DNA from: Bifidobacterium breve
GTDB lineage: Bacteria; Actinomycetota; Actinomycetes; Nanopelagicales; Nanopelagicaceae
Assembly: GCA_945883675.1 (NCBI GenBank)
Contig: CAMCYA010000003.1
Span: forward strand, 1,808-65,807
Length of the DNA: 64,000 nucleotides
Reading direction: 5' to 3'
Each line of letters opens with the position of its first letter. The stretch's first letter is position 1. The notes below the pieces were generated by a model, which saw only the letters and a program-made list of their open reading frames with translations, did no database searches and was not told the DNA's origin. A program made the position numbers and the translations under genes. Of the stretch, positions 10,000-18,772 are shown in pieces.

Positions 10000-10821
10000 T
10001 TAGTTTCCAATCAGAGTGGTTATCAGAAGAATTACAAGGGCAACTAAGGGATAAATCAAAACCATTAACCAGTCGGATGCTTTAGATTTTTCAACTTCGT
10101 CATGGGGTAAAACTCCCTCGTATCCTCTGGAAAGCATGGATAGATGCACGCGCTCTCCACGTTCATATGAACGAATAAAAAGTGCGCCAGCGGCAGTTGC
10201 AATTACCTTCCAATGCTTAATACCGGTTGCTTCAAAGCCACGCGAATCCCGAGCAACTTTCATTCGCTCCATTTCATCATTAACAACATTGACATAGCGC
10301 AACATAAATGAGGCGATCTGAACCATCAGTGCAGGAAGTCGCAACCTCTCTAAACCGCGCAGAATTTCTCTGGCCGTTGTACTCGTAGAAAGAATGATTG
10401 CTGTCAGAACGCCAAAAGTGCCTTTCACAACTATTCCAGCACCAGCGAGTAAACCTTCACGGTACAAATTAAATGGACCAGCAACAAACCTTTCGCCCGA
10501 ACCAAAAAAGGGCATCAAAATTGCAAAGAAAATGAATGGAATTTCAATTAATGCGCGCTTGAACAAAAGGGTGAAAGGAATTTTTGCAATAGCTGCAACC
10601 GTTAAAACCCAGATGAAATAACCAATGAATGCCTGCCAATTTGTGATTGGAGTGGAGACCGCAACCAGGATAAAGGTAATTGCTGCAATAACTTTAAGGT
10701 AGGAGGCGGTCTCATGAACTATTGAATGGCGGTGGAGATAAAGTCTCTCACCTACATCATGTCCATGATGATGGGTTTGAACCTGCGTATTAACTCTTGC
10801 TCTTTTCAGGCTTTCGAGCAA
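10000..10821 (-). CDS. cbiQ: ECF transporter T component (CbiQ/NikQ); start uncertain
   Basis: LRY..ARDSRG and RSYERGERVHLSMLSRGY motifs; His-rich N-terminus. Confidence 0.9.
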   Translation of the reverse strand: MLESLKRARVNTQVQTHHHGHDVGERLYLHRHSIVHETASYLKVIAAITFILVAVSTPITNWQAFIGYFIWVLTVAAIAKIPFTLLFKRALIEIPFIFFAILMPFFGSGERFVAGPFNLYREGLLAGAGIVVKGTFGVLTAIILSTSTTAREILRGLERLRLPALMVQIASFMLRYVNVVNDEMERMKVARDSRGFEATGIKHWKVIATAAGALFIRSYERGERVHLSMLSRGYEGVLPHDEVEKSKASDWLMVLIYPLVALVILLITTLIGN

Positions 10822-11098
10822 TCAATTTAAAAAAGACTCCAGCAACCACGGCTGTTCCGATGACACCAATGACTCCAGCAACGCCGACCGAAGCTCGCTC
10901 ATTTTCAATTCCCTTAACACCGTAATCTGCTAGTGCACCGTCGCCCAACGTATGGTCCTTTGCCGTTTCAATAAAACCGATATCACCAGCAACTTTTTCC
11001 AGACCATCGGGTGATGAAGAGGCGTAAAAAGAAACTACCCCGGCAAGAAAGAGCGAGACGATAAATCCACCAATATAAAACTTGCGGTTTTTAGACAT
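10790..11098 (-). CDS. PDGLE-domain ECF component (NikN/CbiN-like)
   Basis: ASSSPDGLEKVA motif, two TM helices; ATG 11098. Confidence 0.88.
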   Translation of the reverse strand: MSKNRKFYIGGFIVSLFLAGVVSFYASSSPDGLEKVAGDIGFIETAKDHTLGDGALADYGVKGIENERASVGVAGVIGVIGTAVVAGVFFKLIARKPEKSKS

Positions 11099-11771
11099 TC
11101 TTAATCTCCAGTACCTCTTTATTTTTGTTGTTTTTCCAACCAAAAACTAAGTCACTTCGACTTGCTAATACTGCAGTTACCGTAAGTCCTGTAATGATTG
11201 CCTCACCAATTCCGATCAGAATATGAACTCCAATCATTGATGTAAAGACTGCTGAATCAGAAAAAGTACCCGTCGCACCAATTACATACTGAACCCAAAA
11301 ACCAAACGCGGCAGCAGGCACTGAGACCGCTGCGGCGATGGATGCGGCAATTGCAATCGATGATTTATTCTTCGGCAAAATTTTTCTGATCAATAAAAAG
11401 GTCCCATAGCCAACCCATACTGAAATAATGGACATGTTAAATACGCTGAGTCCAAGTGCGGTAAGGCCACCATCGGCAAACAAAAATGCTTGCATCAGCA
11501 GGACTACCGTCAATGCCAATGTTGCAGCCCAGGGGCCAACCAAAACAGCTGCGAGCGCGGCGCCAATTAAGTGGCCACTTGTTCCTGCTACAACTGGAAA
11601 GTTCAGCATTTGAACTGCAAAGATAAATACGGCAGTTAATCCAGCAAGTGGAGCGGTCTTATCGTCCAATTGGGTTCGAGCGCCCTTTAGGGCTGCCCCT
11701 ATGCCAACTGCCGAGAGTCCAACGAATGCAGCCGATGTGGGCACGTCTATAAAGCCATCTGGAATATGCAT
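11091..11771 (-). CDS. cbiM: ECF Ni/Co substrate-binding component (CbiM/NikM)
   Basis: N-terminal metal-binding MHIPDG, GTSGHLIG, ADGGLTALG. Confidence 0.92.
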   Translation of the reverse strand: MHIPDGFIDVPTSAAFVGLSAVGIGAALKGARTQLDDKTAPLAGLTAVFIFAVQMLNFPVVAGTSGHLIGAALAAVLVGPWAATLALTVVLLMQAFLFADGGLTALGLSVFNMSIISVWVGYGTFLLIRKILPKNKSSIAIAASIAAAVSVPAAAFGFWVQYVIGATGTFSDSAVFTSMIGVHILIGIGEAIITGLTVTAVLASRSDLVFGWKNNKNKEVLEIKNV

Positions 11772-11777
11772 GGGTAA

Positions 11778-11800
11778 ATATTAATGCAAATCATTCGCAT
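11778..11800 (-). promoter_or_regulatory. Leaderless -10 plus Nur/Fur-like operator
   Basis: TAATAT 6 nt before ATG; adjacent imperfect palindrome ATGCAA-N5-TCGCAT (11784-11800). Confidence 0.5.
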
Positions 11801-11943
11801 CTGCATCTTGAATGCATTAGGCCACTACCCTCTGGTTTTGAGGCTTGAGCACACCGCCAGTCCCTCTCAAGCCCACCAAAATTGCGTTGGCACGTAGGGA
11901 TATTCTCACTCGCCCTTAACGTTGTGCGTATAAGGTCACGGGC

Positions 11944-12894
11944 ATGAGCGATGACGAGGGTATGGAAGAACTCGTCTCCGAAGAGATGCTTTGGGATCGA
12001 ATCCCCGAGGTTGAGGGCGAAGAGCGAGCTAGTACTTTTTACGAGTTAAGTGCTCGAATATTTGCTCGCGGTCAATATGACGAAGCGCTCGCACTTGCTG
12101 AAACAGCGCGCGATATTTATTCACAACTTGGAGTTACATCGGCATCTGAAGGTTTAGCTCAAGCTTATTCGGCTATTGGTTACAACTTAAATCAACTCAA
12201 GCGAATTGATGAGGCAGCAACTGCAATGAGTAAGGCAGTTGAGATTTTAAGAGAGAACAAATCACCTATCGCATTAGAACTTGCTTGCACATTAGGTGAA
12301 TGGTGGTACACATCAAAGCAATATGAGAAAGTGGTTTTAACAATGAATGAGTGTGCTCAGGAGCACCTTGTTGACAGCAATGAAATTGGTGCAGCAAATG
12401 ATCTTCATTTGATAGGTTGCGCCGAACGTGAGTTGAAAAATTACACGAAAGCAATTGAAGCCTTCAAAGAAGCACGCGCGTTATTTAAGCGTAATAAAGA
12501 AGTTATTCATGTTGCTAGGTGCGACCAAAAAATTGCATCGTGCCTAATTGAACTTGGCGAAGGTGAACTTGCACTCGAGACTGCGCAAAAAGCTGTAGAT
12601 GTTTTTGAGACCGGTCATGATCACCGCCGTGAGGTTTTTGCGATGTTCGAGTACGGGAAAGCACAAATTCTGCTTGAAAAATTCGATGATGGTTTAGCAA
12701 CTCTAGATAATGTTTTAGCAATTGTCAGCGAAGATGAGCCTAAAGATTTTGAATTCATTGTGGATATTGAAACGCGGATTTGCAAAATTACGAGGATGCA
12801 AGGTCGAATTGATGAGGCAAATGAGATTGAACGTCGTTTGAAATCAGTTCGAGAGGCGTTAGAAGATGAACCTGAGCGTGATCTCCTCAATTAA
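11944..12894 (+). CDS. Tetratricopeptide-repeat protein
   Basis: Repeated helical A..(Y/L)..(I/L)G......EA...A patterns; leaderless TAAGGT -10. Confidence 0.8.
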   Translation: MSDDEGMEELVSEEMLWDRIPEVEGEERASTFYELSARIFARGQYDEALALAETARDIYSQLGVTSASEGLAQAYSAIGYNLNQLKRIDEAATAMSKAVEILRENKSPIALELACTLGEWWYTSKQYEKVVLTMNECAQEHLVDSNEIGAANDLHLIGCAERELKNYTKAIEAFKEARALFKRNKEVIHVARCDQKIASCLIELGEGELALETAQKAVDVFETGHDHRREVFAMFEYGKAQILLEKFDDGLATLDNVLAIVSEDEPKDFEFIVDIETRICKITRMQGRIDEANEIERRLKSVREALEDEPERDLLN

Positions 12895-13396
12895 AAACTC
12901 TGATCAAATCAGCGTCACCATGGTTTGTTTAGGAAATATTTGTCGCTCACCCATGGCAGCGGCGGTACTGGCACACAAAAAAAAGGCAATCAAGTCGCCA
13001 GTTATCACTGTAGATAGCGCGGGTACTGGCCCATGGCATATCGGGCAAGGTCCGCATCCATCTTCGAAGAAGATTTGGGAAAAAGCTGGATATACGCATG
13101 AACACACCGCAAAGCAGTTCACCAGCATTGATTTCTATGTTCACGACTTAATTCTTGTGATGGATTCAAGAAATCATCACAACGTTATTTCATTGGCAGA
13201 AAATGAAGAGCATCGTTCTAAAGTTTTTTACTTACGAAGTTTTGATCCAGAGCTAAAAGATATTGATCCAAGTTCGGCTGATTATTTTAAGTTAGAAGTT
13301 CCAGATCCATATAATCAAAGTGATGAAGCCTATGAAACAACGTTAGCTATGGTTGAACGCGCAGTCGATGGATTGCTAGCAGAAATAGTTTCTTAG
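12866..13396 (+). CDS. Low-molecular-weight protein tyrosine phosphatase
   Basis: VCLGNICRSP active-site loop, DSAGT, VPDPY. Confidence 0.93.
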   Translation: MNLSVISSIKNSDQISVTMVCLGNICRSPMAAAVLAHKKKAIKSPVITVDSAGTGPWHIGQGPHPSSKKIWEKAGYTHEHTAKQFTSIDFYVHDLILVMDSRNHHNVISLAENEEHRSKVFYLRSFDPELKDIDPSSADYFKLEVPDPYNQSDEAYETTLAMVERAVDGLLAEIVS

Positions 13397-14040
13397 CGTG
13401 GTAGATACTGTAAGGCCCAGTGATACATTGCAATCGCACCTGCAGCAGAAGCATTCATTGATCTTGTTGATCCATATTGATTAATTTCGTATAAATCTTT
13501 ACACACTGCAATTGCTTCATCAGACATTCCTGCACCCTCTTGACCAAAAAGTAAAACGCAGCTCTCTGGTAATTGTGTTGATTCAAGTTGTGTTGAGCCT
13601 GGAACATTATCGATACCGATAATTGGAATCCCGCGCTCCTTGCAGTGTTCTGAGAAATCAGCTACAGATGGATGATGAATCACAGTTAAGTAGCGATCAG
13701 TAACCATTGCTCCGCGCTTATTCCAATCCCGTTTTCCAACAATATGAACAGCGTTGACATTAAAGGCATTAGCAGTGCGTACTACTGATCCAATATTTAA
13801 ATCATGTTGCCAATTTTCAATTGCAATCTCTAACTTGTGTCGCTTTGTGTTTAAATCCGCAACAATTGCCTCAACACTCCAATATCTGTACTTATCTAAT
13901 ACGTTACGGCGATCACCATTAAGTAATAACTCAGGATCAAAGTGGGCATCTTGGGGCCAAGGTTTTTCGTGTGGCCCAACCCCGACTACTGGAAAAAACT
14001 CTCCAGGACCAATATTGGCTGGGGTGGTTGGAGAAGACAT
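13393..14040 (-). CDS. TrmH/SpoU family RNA methyltransferase
   Basis: NIGSVVRTANAF, LFGQEGAG, SMNASAAGAI. Confidence 0.9.
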   Translation of the reverse strand: MSSPTTPANIGPGEFFPVVGVGPHEKPWPQDAHFDPELLLNGDRRNVLDKYRYWSVEAIVADLNTKRHKLEIAIENWQHDLNIGSVVRTANAFNVNAVHIVGKRDWNKRGAMVTDRYLTVIHHPSVADFSEHCKERGIPIIGIDNVPGSTQLESTQLPESCVLLFGQEGAGMSDEAIAVCKDLYEINQYGSTRSMNASAAGAIAMYHWALQYLPR

Positions 14041-14062
14041 GTGAGCACTCTAAACTGAACTC

Positions 14063-14410
14063 ATGAGAGCAATCAACACGATCGCATATGTGATTCATCT
14101 ACTTTCTATAGTGGGCATTCTTTTTCTTTTGCTCCGCGAAACAAAGAAGAGCCCTCGCAGACTTAATCCTGGCGTTTTGCATGCGACTCTGACTGCGTTA
14201 ATTGCAGGGCTGATCATGGTCGGCCTACATAACTCAGTAAAACCAGAAGAAACCCTTAATCACACAACTATCGGGATAAAGTTTCTAGTGTTGTTAGTGA
14301 TACTTGGCCTTGGATACAAAAATCTAAAAAAACCAGAACTCACTAGAAATGTTTGGTTACTGTTGTTGGGGCTAACGATATTTAATATTGTAATTGCCTC
14401 TGCCCGATAA
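14063..14410 (+). CDS. Small integral membrane protein
   Basis: Four hydrophobic segments; leaderless TAAACT -10. Confidence 0.7.
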   Translation: MRAINTIAYVIHLLSIVGILFLLLRETKKSPRRLNPGVLHATLTALIAGLIMVGLHNSVKPEETLNHTTIGIKFLVLLVILGLGYKNLKKPELTRNVWLLLLGLTIFNIVIASAR

Positions 14411-14418
14411 AGGTTTCA

Positions 14419-15594
14419 ATGTTTAAATTCAGAAGTGTTTTAGTGGCAACTATTGTATTAACTTTGGTTTCATCACCAGCTAATGCAAATCTTAAACCAA
14501 CAGAAATCCCATCCGTTTTTGAAAAACTCTTAAATTCCCCCACTTTGTCCAACCCGGCAATGATTGTTATAGATGGTTCGACAGGTGAAACAATTTATGA
14601 AAAGAATGTATACGCACAACGTAAACCCGCTTCAGTAATGAAACTGTTAACAGCAGCAATGGTTTTGCAATATCTAGATCCACTTAAAGTCTTCACCACA
14701 GAAGTTCGGATCGCTCCTGAAATAAATACTATTTATATTAAAGGTTCATTGGACCCATGGGTCGGCACTGCTCATTCGGTTGCGAGAAAAATGAATAGAG
14801 CTTCCTTAACTCATATGGCAAGCAATGTAACCAATGCAATACGCAGCTACAACGCTGGTGAGCTAGTTGACTACACCGTCATATACAGTGATTTATTTGA
14901 GCAAGATGTAAAAAACTTCAAGTTATATTGGGCCAAGCGTGGCTTTAAACCGGCATTCAAAGCTTCGAAGGCTGGTCAAATGGTAAATGAAACTGCAGTT
15001 CTGGTGGTTACGGAGACTTCACCCACAGTTGCAAAAATTCTAGATTGGATGATGTTGTGGAGTGACAATCAGCTTGCAGAGAGATTGGCTCGCTTATCTT
15101 CACAGGCTGCTGGGGAACCATTTGGAATTTTAGGTGTCGAAAGAATCTTCAAAAAGCTCTTAGCTGAACTTCAAATAGATTCATCAAAACTTGTAGTAAA
15201 GGATGCAAGTGGTTTATCAAAGTCAAATAAAGTTACAGCAAAGATGATCGGTGAACTTTTATATAAACTTCGAAAAGATCCACGATTTACGGGCCTTTAT
15301 CCGGTGTTACCAGTTAGCGGAGTTTCTGGAACTTTAAACGAGCGTTTTATCAATACAGCACCAACAGCGGTCGGTCTAGTGCGGGCAAAAACTGGATCGC
15401 TTAACGGTACTGCCACTTTGGCTGGGTATGTAGAGTCTTCAGATCGCGAGTATGTTTTTGTCACACTTGCCGATCAGATTCCAAGAGGGTACACATCACT
15501 CAAAAAAGCACGTGCAGCGATCGATAAAATTCTTGGGCGAATCGCTGCCCCCAATATTCCAGCAGAGATTTCTCCCTTACCTTCAGGGATTTAA
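14419..15594 (+). CDS. dacB: D-Ala-D-Ala carboxypeptidase/endopeptidase (PBP4, peptidase S13)
   Basis: Signal peptide; PASVMK (SxxK), SDN, DASGLS, AKTGSL. Confidence 0.9.
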   Translation: MFKFRSVLVATIVLTLVSSPANANLKPTEIPSVFEKLLNSPTLSNPAMIVIDGSTGETIYEKNVYAQRKPASVMKLLTAAMVLQYLDPLKVFTTEVRIAPEINTIYIKGSLDPWVGTAHSVARKMNRASLTHMASNVTNAIRSYNAGELVDYTVIYSDLFEQDVKNFKLYWAKRGFKPAFKASKAGQMVNETAVLVVTETSPTVAKILDWMMLWSDNQLAERLARLSSQAAGEPFGILGVERIFKKLLAELQIDSSKLVVKDASGLSKSNKVTAKMIGELLYKLRKDPRFTGLYPVLPVSGVSGTLNERFINTAPTAVGLVRAKTGSLNGTATLAGYVESSDREYVFVTLADQIPRGYTSLKKARAAIDKILGRIAAPNIPAEISPLPSGI

Positions 15595-16674
15595 TTAACT
15601 GTTTGAGTAAATTTTTATCTGCCCTCGGTAACAAGCAACCCATGTGTTCTTAGTCGGATTGTCGTAAGTCACTCCAATCGGTTCTGGACAAACTTTTATT
15701 GTTTCCAAAACTTTCATATCTAAGGTTTGAATTTTTGACATCGTGTTGCTTAAGTAATTTACAACAAAGAGTTCAGAGCCGTCAGAAGATAAAGCAAGGC
15801 TTCTAGCCTTGTTACCAGTTCGCACAGATTTACCAGGTTTGTTTGTTATTAAATCCCAAGATGCAACGCGTCCAGATAGATTCATAGTCACATACATTTT
15901 TGTTCCATCTGGTGAGAGAACTACTGCTCGAGGATTACTTCCAATTGGAATATAGGTAGTTGAAAAATCTGCAAGGTCAATAACGTGAATTCTGCTACCT
16001 CCCATTTCGGCAACATATGCCTTACTGGAGTCTTTACTAATCGCAATACCTCGGGGATATCTTCCTATACTCACGGTCTTTACAACTTTTTGTTCTGCGA
16101 TTGAAATTACCGACACCGTATAGGAGCACCAATTTGCGGCCAAAACATATTTATTGTCTGGTGTTACTTCAACAACTTTAGGGACCGAACCAACTGGGTA
16201 GATCGCATCAATTTGGTAATTACTTCGATTAATTCGGTAGATAAAACTTTTATCGAAACCAGATGAAGGTGAGCAGGTATCACTTCCCTCCTTTTTGTAT
16301 CCAGGACCATACATCGCGTAATTACTAACGTATAAGTATTTGCCATCAGGTGAGAAAGTGCCCTCAACAGGTGAGCCTCTAAAAATCGAAGAGCTCTTTG
16401 AAAAACCATAATCCTTCAATGAAACTGAATCAGGAATAGTTTTTAGAAGTTCGAAAGTTTTTGCATCATAAATCGTAATTGAATGTTTATACATCATGTT
16501 ATGTGCACTAATGATTCCATCATTTGATGCCCTGACAGACTTGGGTGCAATTGATCCTTCAATAGTTTTTATCAATTTCATTGAACTTTTGTTAGCAACC
16601 TCTTGACCTTGAGCGGGCAAAGTAACCAATGAAAATGAAAGAAATAAACTAAGGAATAGAAAAACTTTTTGCAT
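15595..16674 (-). CDS. Secreted YncE/YVTN-type beta-propeller protein
   Basis: Signal peptide; repeated (V/I)G..P..(V/I)..SPDG..(L/M)YV blades. Confidence 0.85.
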   Translation of the reverse strand: MQKVFLFLSLFLSFSLVTLPAQGQEVANKSSMKLIKTIEGSIAPKSVRASNDGIISAHNMMYKHSITIYDAKTFELLKTIPDSVSLKDYGFSKSSSIFRGSPVEGTFSPDGKYLYVSNYAMYGPGYKKEGSDTCSPSSGFDKSFIYRINRSNYQIDAIYPVGSVPKVVEVTPDNKYVLAANWCSYTVSVISIAEQKVVKTVSIGRYPRGIAISKDSSKAYVAEMGGSRIHVIDLADFSTTYIPIGSNPRAVVLSPDGTKMYVTMNLSGRVASWDLITNKPGKSVRTGNKARSLALSSDGSELFVVNYLSNTMSKIQTLDMKVLETIKVCPEPIGVTYDNPTKNTWVACYRGQIKIYSNS

Positions 16675-16873
16675 ACAAGAACTCTACTAGCCTTCAGGTA
16701 AGGCCCCTAAGAAATAATCTCAATTAAATCACTACTATTTTTCATTTTCACCCTTGGCAATCAGGGTCAAACAGGAAATCGGTAGCTAGATTGAGAGCAA
16801 CATAACTCGGCAAATTAGGTAAATTGAGAATAAGTGAGGAGAACCCACCAAAAAGGTTGAGTAAACTCGGAAG

Positions 16874-17743
16874 GTGAGTTCAACCATTAAAGCCTACATA
16901 GACCTGATGAAACTTAGGGTCGTTGAACTCCTATTGGTTTCCACTTTACCAGCCATGGTTTTGGCAGAAAAAGGTTTACCTAGTTTCGGATTAACTTTGG
17001 CAACAATTGTTGCAGGCACACTTGCAGCTGGAAGTGCGAATGCTTTCAATATGGTTATAGAAAGTGATCTCGATAAGTTAATGGAGAGAACTTCTAAGCG
17101 CCCACTTGTTACTGGCTTGATTACAAAATTCCAGGCAACGGCTTTTGCGACTTTTATTGGCTTTCTATCTCTAGTTTTATTTTGGGCTTTTACTACAAAA
17201 CTTGCAACACTTCTTGCCTTAATCGCAATTGTTTTCTATGTTCTTGTTTATACGATGGCCCTTAAACAACGCACTTCTCAAAACATTGTTTGGGGCGGAG
17301 CAGCCGGCTGTATGCCCGTGCTAATTGGTTGGGCAGCCATTACCAACTCACTTTCTCTAACCGCGTGGGCTTTTTTCTTCGTAATCTTTTTTTGGACCCC
17401 ACCCCATTTTTGGTCACTGGCGATCAAGTACAAAGATGACTATGCATTGGCAGGAACACCCATGCTGCCAGTAGTTGCAACAAAAAGTAATGTTCGCCGG
17501 CAAATGTGGCTACACACAATTTTGATGATTTCTTCATCAATTGCACTGATTAGCCTTGCCTCGCTGCCGATATGGTCAATGGCGGTAACAATCCTTTTGG
17601 GAATAGTTTTTGCAATTCAGCTACTGCAATTAAAAGATGGATCACCAGATTATGCAAAGGTGGCGGGAAAAATATTTCAGTGGTCAATCACATATTTGAG
17701 TCTTTTTTCAGTAGTTCTCGTTATTGCTCAACTACTTAGCTAG
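16874..17743 (+). CDS. ctaB: Protoheme IX farnesyltransferase (heme O synthase)
   Basis: D..MERTSKRPL, LKQRTSQNIVWGGAAGCMPVLIGW, FFWTPPHFW, DY...PMLP. Confidence 0.93.
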   Translation: MSSTIKAYIDLMKLRVVELLLVSTLPAMVLAEKGLPSFGLTLATIVAGTLAAGSANAFNMVIESDLDKLMERTSKRPLVTGLITKFQATAFATFIGFLSLVLFWAFTTKLATLLALIAIVFYVLVYTMALKQRTSQNIVWGGAAGCMPVLIGWAAITNSLSLTAWAFFFVIFFWTPPHFWSLAIKYKDDYALAGTPMLPVVATKSNVRRQMWLHTILMISSSIALISLASLPIWSMAVTILLGIVFAIQLLQLKDGSPDYAKVAGKIFQWSITYLSLFSVVLVIAQLLS

Positions 17744-17795
17744 CGCCTGGTCGATAGCTTTTATTAAATCACTTGAGTGCTCTTAGCAGACAGAA

Positions 17796-17814
17796 AGTCG
17801 TGGAACTGATGACT
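17796..17814. promoter_or_regulatory. Inverted repeat, candidate regulator site upstream of ABC operon
   Basis: AGTCGT-N7-ATGACT, about 50 bp upstream of the ATG. Confidence 0.35.
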
Positions 17815-17866
17815 CGCTATCCCCAAGATTGTTTACTCAGGGCTTAAATGTGGCAGAGTAGGATCC

Positions 17867-18772
17867 ATGGTTAGCACAGCAATCTCGGTTCGTGACTTAT
17901 CGAAAAAGTACGACAATCGCTTAGCGGTCTCTCATATCAATTTTGAGGTCCCAATGGGCACAGTGTGTGGATTTGTTGGTCCCAATGGATCTGGCAAGAC
18001 GACAACAATGAGAATGCTTCTTGGCCTTATTACTCCAACAACAGGTGAAGGTCACATACTTGGTGAGCCAATAAATCATCCAGAAAAATATTTAAGTCGC
18101 GTGGGTGCAATGATTGAAGGACCGGCTTTTTATCCAGCCTTATCTGGCCATGAAAACTTAATGGTTCTTGCAAAACTTGGTGGGTTTCCAACAGAGCGAG
18201 TTCAAATTTTGTTAGAAAAAGTTGGCCTGGGTGATCGTGGTAAATCTAAATACAAAACATATTCGTTAGGTATGAAACAACGTTTAGGTATCGCTGCTGC
18301 CTTGCTTCCCGAACCTAAACTTCTAATGCTTGATGAACCAACAAATGGTTTGGATCCAGAAGGTATCCAAGAGATTCGAGCATTGTTACGTGATTTAGCT
18401 AATGGAGGCACAACTGTTTTCGTCTCCTCGCATCTACTTTCAGAACTTGAGATCATCAGCGATCACATAGTGATGCTAAGAAAAGGTGAGATAGTTTTTG
18501 CTGGTCCAATAGGTGAATTGATGGCAAAACAGCAACCAACAATCATTGCTAAGTCATTAGATCATTCAGACCTGAAGAAAATTGTGGAGATTGCACAAGA
18601 ATCTGGGCACCATGCAGTTATTCGAAATGATTCAGTTCATATTTTAGCTGCCATGGATTGGGCACCGGAATTAAATAAAGCAGCCTTCAATGCAGGAATC
18701 ACCTTGGCACAACTTGCTCCGCAGCTGCCAAATCTAGAAGAGACTTTCTTTGAAATGACAGGGGACAAATAA
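17867..18772 (+). CDS. ABC transporter ATP-binding protein (BcrA/LanF-like)
   Basis: GPNGSGKT, YSLGMKQRLGIA, LDEPTNGLDP, SSHLLSE. Confidence 0.9.
   Translation: MVSTAISVRDLSKKYDNRLAVSHINFEVPMGTVCGFVGPNGSGKTTTMRMLLGLITPTTGEGHILGEPINHPEKYLSRVGAMIEGPAFYPALSGHENLMVLAKLGGFPTERVQILLEKVGLGDRGKSKYKTYSLGMKQRLGIAAALLPEPKLLMLDEPTNGLDPEGIQEIRALLRDLANGGTTVFVSSHLLSELEIISDHIVMLRKGEIVFAGPIGELMAKQQPTIIAKSLDHSDLKKIVEIAQESGHHAVIRNDSVHILAAMDWAPELNKAAFNAGITLAQLAPQLPNLEETFFEMTGDK

Noticed and set aside
11772-11943. Cobalamin riboswitch expected upstream of cbiM
   Set aside because: No B12-box or GGGAA/ACTG core on the minus strand; the gene appears leaderless.
17772-17792. HspR HAIR operator
   Set aside because: Only the CTTGAGT half-site is present; no ACTCAAG at N7.
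17790-17820. CTGATGA as a hammerhead ribozyme or fluoride riboswitch core
   Set aside because: Required stems, GAAAC placement and the GATGG..TTC 5' element cannot be formed; better explained as half of a DNA palindrome.
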